From an uncultured Methanosarcinaceae archaeon (GTDB lineage: Archaea > Halobacteriota > Methanosarcinia > Methanosarcinales > Methanosarcinaceae), in the NCBI GenBank assembly GCA_963727895.1, contig CAVSHT010000009.1:1-64000 (forward strand): a stretch of 64,000 bases of DNA, given 5' to 3'. This document shows, piece by piece, positions 20,575 to 29,258 of the stretch. The notes under the pieces are model-generated. The model was not told where the DNA came from and ran no database searches. It was given only the letters and a program-made list of their open reading frames with translations. Numbering within the stretch: the first letter of the stretch is position 1; every line of letters begins with the position of its first letter. A program made the translations under genes and the position numbers.

Positions 20575-21620
20575 AAATGTTTGATTTTCTTACTCATGAC
20601 ATGCTTGCTGTTATCTGGTTCTTTCTGTGGTGTGTAATATGGGGAATTTACTTCATAGTAGATTCATTTTCTCTTGGAGCAGGTCTTTTGACACCCTTTA
20701 TTGCCACAGATAAAACACAGAGGGTTCAAATTCAGAGTTCTGTTGGTCCCTTTTGGGGAGGAAATGAGGTATGGCTTATCCTGGCTGCAGGTGGAACATT
20801 TGCTGCATTTCCCCTAGTATTCTCGAAGATGTTTACATTCCTGTATCTTCCGATGATGTTGCTGCTCATTGGTCTGATAGCAAGAGGTATTTCCATAGAA
20901 TATCTACACAAGGATGATAATCCCAAAATACAGAAAGTCCTTACATGGGGATGGTTCGTTGGAAGCCTGCTAATCTCTCTGGTCCTGGGAGTTGCATTTG
21001 CGAACTTCTTCAAAGGGCTTGAAATCGATTCAGGAGGAATTTATAAAGGTACTCTTCTTGGACTTTTCAGTCCTTATGCATTGATAGGTGGTGTCTTGTT
21101 TGTGTTTATGAGTGTTACTTCAGGTGCGCTATGGATCAATGTTAAGACAGAAGGTGCCATAGCTGCAAAAACAGGTGATCTGGCAAAGAAGAGTACTCTT
21201 ATTGTACTTGTACTTGCCCTAGTCTTTCTGGCATATTCCTTTGTGGGTATAGAAGGCTTTACAAACAACTATTCAACTACGCCTGCTCTGTATTTATTGC
21301 CAGCTCTTGCAATAGTTGGATCTACCCTTGCAGTGCTTTTTGCAAAGAAGGAAAAGGAGTTCTACGCCTTTTGCAGTAATCTCCTGGCATTTCTTTTCGT
21401 TGTAGAAAGTGGGCTTGCAGGTATCTATCCTTACATGCTTAAGTCCTCTGTTTCTTCTGAATATGGGATAGATATCTTTGAGGCAGCATCAAGCCACATG
21501 ACCTTGAGCATAATGTTAGGGGGAGCATTGATATTTGTACCCATAGTCATCATATACCAACTGTGGGCATATACTCTGTTCAGAGAAAAAATAAAAGAAA
21601 AAGATCAGATTAATTATTGA
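20571..21620 (+). CDS. cydB: Cytochrome bd oxidase subunit II
   Basis: GPFWGGNEVWLILAAGGTFAAFP; AASS..TL; overlaps cydA stop. Confidence 0.95.
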   Translation: MKMFDFLTHDMLAVIWFFLWCVIWGIYFIVDSFSLGAGLLTPFIATDKTQRVQIQSSVGPFWGGNEVWLILAAGGTFAAFPLVFSKMFTFLYLPMMLLLIGLIARGISIEYLHKDDNPKIQKVLTWGWFVGSLLISLVLGVAFANFFKGLEIDSGGIYKGTLLGLFSPYALIGGVLFVFMSVTSGALWINVKTEGAIAAKTGDLAKKSTLIVLVLALVFLAYSFVGIEGFTNNYSTTPALYLLPALAIVGSTLAVLFAKKEKEFYAFCSNLLAFLFVVESGLAGIYPYMLKSSVSSEYGIDIFEAASSHMTLSIMLGGALIFVPIVIIYQLWAYTLFREKIKEKDQINY

Positions 21621-22621
21621 TCTGACTTTTCTTATTTTTCACTTTTTTGTACTTTATTTACTAATGTACTTTAATTACTTAGTGGGTAAAAACTCAAAAC
21701 TGGTTTTCTGAATCGCAAAATTTGAGCGATCAATAGCGTTCTTTTTATTGACGACATATTTGAAACTTTTAGTAATTTAAGAAAAAACAAGTTTTTAAAT
21801 TAAATCACAAAATTTGTAGATAAACTTGTAAAATTTTTAGCTTAACTCATAAAAAAATATATTTATTAAGAATTTATTCTAGAGATTTTAATAAAGATAA
21901 AATTCCATACATACAAATAATAGAGGGAAACCGTCTTTTAAGCCGTGATTCAATATTACAGATATTGAAGGGTAAAAACTCAATAAAAAGACATTGCGAA
22001 GAAATATTAGAACTTATGAGACGTGGTTAAAATGGATGAGGGATTATTTTTACAAAGTCAATATTATTCAGTACCCATTGGTAAATATACGTCAGTTTCA
22101 ATTTTAGATCTATTAATAGTAATTTCTGCAGCTCTTGTATATTCAATTCTTCTTTTTCTCATCATGAAAAGATGGATAGACAATATGGAATAACTGTGTT
22201 CCCAAAAATATTTTACACAAATAGTGAAAACAAATAAATTAAAAAAATAGTTTAAAGTATATAAAAAAATAGATAGAAAGTCAAGTAAGTGTTTAAAAAT
22301 TAGCTTAAGTTCGTCCTTGTAGAAAACACATATAAATAGGCCCAAAAAATTGAAATTAAAAACTTAAAAAAAAATCATATAATTCAGTTCAGTGAAATAG
22401 AAAGTAGTTACTTCTGAAGATTTTACAAAGTCTTGATTTATTAAGTAAAGTTTCTTCATCCATCACAATAGTAACTTGTTTTTTAGAAAATTACATAAAG
22501 ATTTTTGAAATTCTTAAGAAAATATAGAATTTCGTTATTAGAACATAACCCTGAATTATTGTTAGGAGTTAAAAAATTAAGAATAAAATATGAATAAAGT
22601 TTAGAGATAAAGTTATCAATA

Positions 22622-22987
22622 TTAGTCTCTTTCTTCTTCCTCTTCGGGGTTCATGAACTCTTCGAAACACGTAAGACAGATACACTTATCGTCAGTAGAT
22701 GATTCTTTAAAATCCACCTTGAGACCACCAGGTTTTATCGTTCCCAGCTTCAATACATAGAAGTGCTCACCAAATTCTACTGGCTGACCGCATCTCGAAC
22801 ATGAAAAGGGTGGATTTTCAACCGAATCAGCTGCACATTCAACACATATCAGATCAGACTTATCCCCGTGAACATCTTTGAATTTTATTGGTTTCATATC
22901 CTGGCTGGTGTCGACGACCAGCACGTCTTCCAGCAGTTCCCTTTTACAGATATTGCAAAATTCCTTCACTTTGTCAGCTCCTTTCAT
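22622..22987 (-). CDS. Small protein with four CxxC motifs (two zinc-finger-like repeats)
   Basis: CNIC, CVEC, CSRC, CLTC; likely ATG 22987 after GAGG. Confidence 0.65.
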   Translation of the reverse strand: MKGADKVKEFCNICKRELLEDVLVVDTSQDMKPIKFKDVHGDKSDLICVECAADSVENPPFSCSRCGQPVEFGEHFYVLKLGTIKPGGLKVDFKESSTDDKCICLTCFEEFMNPEEEEERD

Positions 22988-23329
22988 TATGTCGCCTCTA
23001 AATTCCAGAAGATTTGTCACAAAATTATGTACTAAGTCTGTAAGAGGTTAGTTTCCCCATTTTTTACTAAATTTAATCCCTCTTTTAAGACTTATATTAT
23101 ATTTATATAAAAATTTAGTATTTAAGTATTGTTATTTAAAAAGTTTCGGGTTGATTAGAGACTTAACATATGTAAGTAGACCTCATTTTGTGGAAAAGTT
23201 ACAGGGAATTCGGAAGGAAGGTTTTAAATAACGAAGAGATTTCATGCATTAAATAGACTAAAAATTAAAATAAAATAAGTAAAAGACAGTATATATACTA
23301 AATACAATATGATCTAACGAGTTTTCTTT

Positions 23330-24412
23330 TTACCATATTCCATTATTTTTTAGGGTAGCAAGAATATTTGTGAATTCATTGCTGAATTTACACTTTGGGA
23401 AATCGGGAGCTTCCAGAATATTTGTCTTTATTTCCTGTAGTGCAATTAAAAGGCTCAAGTCATTACTATATTCGAACTCTTCTTCTGACGAGGTTATGTT
23501 TTCGGCAAGTATTTCGATTAGTTTTGGATCAAGATCATTTGTAATATATGCGTCCAAAATTAAAAGATCCAAAATCCTTTTATAAAAATCAATTAGCTTC
23601 TGGTAAATAGGTAAGGAATAAACATTTGCTGAATATTTTTGCCTGTTAAGATAAATAATGTAGCGCGATATTGTATTTATTAGAGTTTCAATAAGTTCGC
23701 TTTTTGGAAATTTAATTGGAAATCTTTGGACTATTTTTGGATAGAGACTGTTATCATTCCTCACTTTTTCGCGGTTCCAGATTTCAGGAAAAGTCCTAGA
23801 GATAGATGAATTAAGTGCCGCTGTTACGTAGTGGTAAAGTGTCTTATCCCCGAGAACAACTCCAATTCCATCTGCAAAAACATGTTTTTCTCTTGAATCA
23901 TATGCAGCCTGTAGACGATAATGATTCGTAATTATAATTTTAGGCGTGTTTATGTACCTTAAAAAGTTTTCATATTTCAGGCGGTAACAATCAGCCGAAT
24001 CAAGATCAAGTCCGTCTGTTTGGAATCTAGATTTTATTTCCACAAGCCACTTATATGCCATAGGAAACATGCTTTTCATCTCTTTTGGCTGAAATACTCT
24101 GAATTCTCTTCTCACATTATTTCCAAAGATTTCATAGGGTAACATAAACCTATATTGAGTAGGATGAATGGCAAATTTACTGGAGAGAGAATTATCCATA
24201 TAAGGATACATAAGCTTCTGTTCTATGTATACATCCCTTAAAAGACTTCTACAGACATATAGAGTATCTTTGTGGTTTTCCCTTGCAAGGTTTACTTTAT
24301 GTAGGAAATCATTTGTTGAAGATATACCTTCAAAAATTTCTATTGAAATGTCCTCCAGAGTTTGAGGTATTTTACTCAACCGCTCTACAATGTTGTCTTT
24401 GCTCCAGAACAT
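23330..24412 (-). CDS. Stand-alone TaqI-like C-terminal specificity (target recognition) domain protein
   Basis: IFEGIS, MLPY, FPMAYKWL, PKIII, AALNSSI, FPIKFP pattern of type IIG R-M TRDs; no methyltransferase motifs. Confidence 0.55.
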   Translation of the reverse strand: MFWSKDNIVERLSKIPQTLEDISIEIFEGISSTNDFLHKVNLARENHKDTLYVCRSLLRDVYIEQKLMYPYMDNSLSSKFAIHPTQYRFMLPYEIFGNNVRREFRVFQPKEMKSMFPMAYKWLVEIKSRFQTDGLDLDSADCYRLKYENFLRYINTPKIIITNHYRLQAAYDSREKHVFADGIGVVLGDKTLYHYVTAALNSSISRTFPEIWNREKVRNDNSLYPKIVQRFPIKFPKSELIETLINTISRYIIYLNRQKYSANVYSLPIYQKLIDFYKRILDLLILDAYITNDLDPKLIEILAENITSSEEEFEYSNDLSLLIALQEIKTNILEAPDFPKCKFSNEFTNILATLKNNGIW

Positions 24413-25063
24413 GTACCACTCTCATCAAATATATTATCTTAGTTTATATATAGAAAATTCCAGATAAAATAGTTATTAATATGAGCTACAGTATGAAGTT
24501 AAGAATATTATTTTGAGACTAAGGATATTAACTCTCAGACTCGACCCTGTAGGAGTTCTCTATAATAACAAACTCCATTAACTTGAAACAAGTTAGCATA
24601 ATACATTATTCGTCTCATCCAAGTCTCATGGAACAGATTTAGATAATTTTTCTACATAAGCTGAATCTTGTACCAAACTTTGAATACATGTAGATATATA
24701 ATAATTTAGTCATAGATCAGGTTAACAAATAAAACCCACTTTTTTGGATAAAGAAATCAATATGGGAACCTGCCTATAATTCAGATGTTTTTCTTGTTTT
24801 TAATAAAGAGTTTTAAACATAGACATTGATCAAAGTTTACATATTTGGCACAAAGAAATATACATGCAGAAGCTGATTTTAGCGATAAAAATAAATGTCC
24901 TATAAAATGGAATCTAATAAACAATACATTATAATAGATTTCAATAAACAATACATTACAATAAATTAGAAAAAGCATCATCAAAATAATTCTAAAATTA
25001 AATATGAAACGGAAAGCAAGATAAAAATGATAGAGAACCCTGAAAATAAAGGAGGAATCGAAA

Positions 25064-25951
25064 ACGACAGAAGAGAAACATATTATTTTAATTTATCACC
25101 ATGATGATAATGACGGTTTCTGTGCAGCTGCCATCGCTGCAAATTACTATAATCGAAACAAATTTGAGATAAAGTTTGTTGCTATAAATTACGGCAAAGA
25201 ATCGTGGAGTGAAGAAGAAATAAAAGCAGCCGAAAAAGTATGGCTTCTTGATTTCACAAGCGATAATATGGAAGAATTCGTAAAGATTTGCGGGCCTAAA
25301 CTGATATGGATAGATCACCATAAGACAGCTATTGAGAAGTTCCCAGAACTTTGGAATTCAAACAGTATTCCAGGAATTCGATCAACTGAAAAAGCAGCCT
25401 GTGTGCTTACATGGGAATACACACATCCGGAATCAATTTCACCTCCTGCCGCGGTTACTTATATTGGAGATAAAGATCTGTGGAAGTTTGATTACTTAGA
25501 GACAAAAGCATTCAACGCAGGCTTTAGTTTAATGGTAAAAACCCCTGATAACTCCTTATGGGAGGAACTTTTAGGTTCAGAATATGAGGATACTGTAAAT
25601 AAAATGATAGCTCTTGGTGAATTACTTCTTGAAGCTCAAAACCACAAGCTTCAGAAAGCTTTCGATCGTGGGGTAGATTGTACTTTTCATAACTTGAAAG
25701 CTAGACTCGTAAATACTACTGGGAATATATCCGAGCTTGGAGAATTCATCTACAAAAAACCTGAATACGATATTGCTATCATGTGGCAGGCTGTAGAAGA
25801 AATGGTAGTATTCAGCCTGAGATCTGATTCCGGAAACCCTGAGTCACCTGATTGCGCCAAAATTGCTCAGCAGTACGGAGGAGGAGGACACAAAAACGCT
25901 GCTGGATTTCAGAGAAAGAATATGGATTTTCCACGCTTGCTTTTTATGTGA
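25064..25951 (+). CDS. DHH/DHHA1 phosphoesterase with abnormal 5' end
   Basis: Frame open from ACG 25064 (HHDDNDG, LLDF, WIDHH, SLRS, GGGHKNAAG); track start 25268 omits motifs I-II. Confidence 0.8.
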   Translation, partial: TTEEKHIILIYHHDDNDGFCAAAIAANYYNRNKFEIKFVAINYGKESWSEEEIKAAEKVWLLDFTSDNMEEFVKICGPKLIWIDHHKTAIEKFPELWNSNSIPGIRSTEKAACVLTWEYTHPESISPPAAVTYIGDKDLWKFDYLETKAFNAGFSLMVKTPDNSLWEELLGSEYEDTVNKMIALGELLLEAQNHKLQKAFDRGVDCTFHNLKARLVNTTGNISELGEFIYKKPEYDIAIMWQAVEEMVVFSLRSDSGNPESPDCAKIAQQYGGGGHKNAAGFQRKNMDFPRLLFM

Positions 25952-26490
25952 AGTCAAATTTAAGAGTGCAGGGAGTATTAAGAATCCCTGTGCATATTTA
26001 TAATTACAGCTATATTATAAGATCATTAAACAAAGACAAAATCAGATTTATGTCATTAAATTCAAAAAAAACAGTATTATACTGGTAAAGAGTCAAAAAA
26101 CATTTTATTGGCATAATAAGTAAAAAAATATTAATTAGACTTTTTTTAGACATATAGTTAAAGAATAATCTTTATTATCAAGAATCAAGTTTATATGAGT
26201 TAGTTAATGCTCAAATAACATGTAAAAAGTTGAAAAGTACTCTTAGAGAAAATGAAATTGCGTAATATATAAAAAAAATAAAAATTTAACAGTATTGAAA
26301 GTTATTGAACAATAAAAATTAAGAAGTAATAAAATTAGGAAAAAAAATAAGAATAAAGATTAAGAAAAAGCTGAATAAATCAAAAAGCAATTATAAAAAA
26401 TAGGTTATAAAGAAAACTTAAACTATAACAATAACCGAAAAATAAAAAGAAATAAAATAGAAGAGACGTTGAAACTTCTGTTTCAACATC

Positions 26491-26898
26491 TCAGGCTGTA
26501 ACATCCTTTCTAAGGATATAAGCAACCATCTCAGGGTTAAGTTTGCTTTCTCTTGAGATTTTTTCTTCAATAGCCTCAGTTGATTTACCTTCAATCTTCA
26601 GCTCTTTTATTTCTTCAATTATTGATGAAGGAATACGGTAGTATTCGTTTATATCCTTTCTGTGACCCCATACATCACCTTCAATGAGCTGGACGCGCTG
26701 CATTTCGAGAAACATCTCTATGGATTTAGAAACCGTGCGTCGATAAGATTTTGGAAGCTGTATGACCTCAATCTTTGGGCAGGTCTCAACAAGTGAAAAA
26801 ATATCCTTGTTTGAAGGCCTAAAGGCCAAGTGTACTATTCTCTCATTTGGATTCAATGTAAAAATTTCGTCTCTTGAACTCACAACCCTTATTTTCAA
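26491..26898 (-). CDS. DUF1699-family protein
   Basis: KIRVVSSR, VHLAFRPSNKD, GDVWGHRKDINEYY; TTG 26898 after GGAGG. Confidence 0.85.
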   Translation of the reverse strand: MKIRVVSSRDEIFTLNPNERIVHLAFRPSNKDIFSLVETCPKIEVIQLPKSYRRTVSKSIEMFLEMQRVQLIEGDVWGHRKDINEYYRIPSSIIEEIKELKIEGKSTEAIEEKISRESKLNPEMVAYILRKDVTA

Positions 26899-27303
26899 AG
26901 TTTTACCTCCAAATTTATTGATTTTTTTCATGTGATAGTAAAAAATTCTTCATTAAATATTTTTCTATATTTACCGAAATCGTTTAAAAAGAATTTTCAT
27001 TTGTGTTTTTTAGTTATTTTTGCAAAACTTTATATAGATAACAAAAATCAACATGTATAACAGTGTTAATAATATAACATGTGAAATATATATTATGATA
27101 TAATTTAGGCAATGTGAAGAACAAATCAGCAGAAAAATTGGAATTTTGAAAGGAATAATTTCTTTTTTGACAGGTCAGGGCAGTTTTAGTACATTTATCA
27201 CCTCCAAAATTCCATAGATCAAAATTTTCCCGGGAAAATCACACAACTTTTATAAAATGTCATGTTCAATATACTTCTGATTTCACTTTGAAGAGGCTCG
27301 TGC

Positions 27304-28557
27304 ATGGAAGATCCTGTTATCTTAAAAATAAAAAGTCAATTTGATAAAAAAGGAAATCCGGCAAAGATTCCGCTGATGAGCGGGAAGCAATTTTTTGAAG
27401 CCCTATCCGAAAATGATGGAGTCTACGTTGATAATTTGAAAAACCAACCATTTCTCCCCTGGAAAATATTTTCAGAATCCGTCAATTGTATTAGGGAAAA
27501 TGGAGGAAAGGCAAAGAAAGGAAACGCAACAAATTCAAGATTGGGAGACCAAAATCTTGGTCTTGATACCCTCGAAGGTTATATTGCCAGCAAAGTTTAC
27601 GGCTGCAAGACCGGCGAAACCGTATTTAAAAGAGTAAACTCGATAGCATCTATCCTTGCCTGGGCTGGAATTTGTGAAAATACACGAGGGCAAATTATTC
27701 TTATACCCATGGAAAAAGAAATGCAGAGTTATGAAAATGAAAACGAAATTTCTCCAGCTTTTAGTACAGAAGAAAATGAAGCAAGCTTAGGAACAAGTTC
27801 CGATGATCTCCAACTTTCCAACAAGCAACTTAAACTGAAAAACCTGGAAGGAGAACTTGAAGACAAAGTTCATAAAATAAAAGAGCTTGGAGAACAGATT
27901 GCAGGTAGAGACGAAGAGATTAGCAGGCTAAAAACAGATCTAGAAGTATGTGAAAAACGTCTCCTTGAAAAGGAATTAGATCTTGGAGCCCTTCAGAAAA
28001 GATTTACGAATAAAACAGAAGAGGCTCAAAGCTTAGAATCCAGACTCTTAGAAAAAGAAGAAGAGATTGAAAGCCTTAATGAGGGATATACGGATAAAGT
28101 GGAAAATATTAAAATACTTGAGGAAAAACTTTCAGCAAAAGAAATGGAGATAAAAAAGCTTGAAGACAGTTTCTCCACAAAAGATAAAGATCTCAAGATT
28201 CTGGCTGAAGAGGTCATTAAAAATGCCGGGCAGATGAAAAAAATAGAAGAGAAGCTTGCAGAGAAAGAAAGAAAAATAAACACTATGGGAACTCTGATCG
28301 CTACAGCTGAAGAAAAAGTAGAGAAGTTTGAGAAGCAGCTTTCAGCCTATGAAGGAGAAGAAAAACTGGCAGCCCAGCTTAGAGAAAAAGAAGAGTTCAT
28401 AAAGCAGTTAAAAGGAACCCTGGCAAGTAAAGAAGAAGAATTTTCGAAGGTTAGCGAAGAAAACCGAAAATACAGGATGCAGCAGAAACTCGCATCTGAA
28501 GGATTAAGACAAATAGAAGAACAGAAAGCCTCAAGAAAATGGTGGAAGCGCCTGTAA
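27304..28557 (+). CDS. Protein with N-terminal globular domain, long coiled coil and KWWKRL tail
   Basis: E/K-rich heptads from about aa 170 to 410. Confidence 0.75.
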   Translation: MEDPVILKIKSQFDKKGNPAKIPLMSGKQFFEALSENDGVYVDNLKNQPFLPWKIFSESVNCIRENGGKAKKGNATNSRLGDQNLGLDTLEGYIASKVYGCKTGETVFKRVNSIASILAWAGICENTRGQIILIPMEKEMQSYENENEISPAFSTEENEASLGTSSDDLQLSNKQLKLKNLEGELEDKVHKIKELGEQIAGRDEEISRLKTDLEVCEKRLLEKELDLGALQKRFTNKTEEAQSLESRLLEKEEEIESLNEGYTDKVENIKILEEKLSAKEMEIKKLEDSFSTKDKDLKILAEEVIKNAGQMKKIEEKLAEKERKINTMGTLIATAEEKVEKFEKQLSAYEGEEKLAAQLREKEEFIKQLKGTLASKEEEFSKVSEENRKYRMQQKLASEGLRQIEEQKASRKWWKRL

Positions 28558-28586
28558 GTTTTCCGAACTAATACAAAAAGTTCTAG

Positions 28587-29042
28587 TTAAACTTTATTAA
28601 TTCGTGGTCGCTCAGGACCTGATGTCAGAAAAGAGCTGTGAATCAAGTGGAGAATCAGATCAGGGCTAATTTTTCTGATATGTGTAATTTCACCAATTAT
28701 TTCTTCCTCGGTTCTTCCTTGAACTTTTAATTCATTTATTTTTTCAAGCACATACTCTGGTATTACAAAATAATTATTAAGATCATGCCAGTGACCGCTG
28801 ACATCCCCCTTTACCAGCTGAATACCTGAAGAGGAGAGATACATCTTGATAAATTTAGAGAGTCCGTCATAGGAAGATGCAGGAAGTTGAAGTAATTCAA
28901 TTCCCGGACATACTTTGACAAGACTAAAAAGATCTCGATCTGAAGGTCTGAAAGCAAGATGTACTGCCTTTTCTTCCATCTCCAGTTTGGGGATCTCATC
29001 CTTGCTTGTCACAACTCTAATACGTATACTACCTAGCCCCAT
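28587..29042 (-). CDS. DUF1699-family protein (divergent paralog)
   Basis: RIRVVTSK, VHLAFRPSDRD, GDVSGH. Confidence 0.82.
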   Translation of the reverse strand: MGLGSIRIRVVTSKDEIPKLEMEEKAVHLAFRPSDRDLFSLVKVCPGIELLQLPASSYDGLSKFIKMYLSSSGIQLVKGDVSGHWHDLNNYFVIPEYVLEKINELKVQGRTEEEIIGEITHIRKISPDLILHLIHSSFLTSGPERPRINKV

Positions 29043-29258
29043 TTATGCTCCCTTATATATCTAAGCATGGATCATTTATTTAATTTTGTGTTTCAGTCTT
29101 TCTAATCAAATTTCAGTACAATGAGAATATTAAAGCTCGAGGTATGCTAAAAACAAAAAAACAATATGTTAAGGCTGGAAAACCTTAGAATTAGAATTTA
29201 GAAAAAAATAAAAAAATTATTTACTTAGAAACTGAATGACAGCTGGACAGAAAAATAT

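Noticed and set aside
22064..22345. 93-aa ORF (likewise 24781-24984 and 40997-41179)
   Set aside because: Low-complexity F/I/L/Y-rich translations of AT-rich intergenic DNA, no RBS or motif
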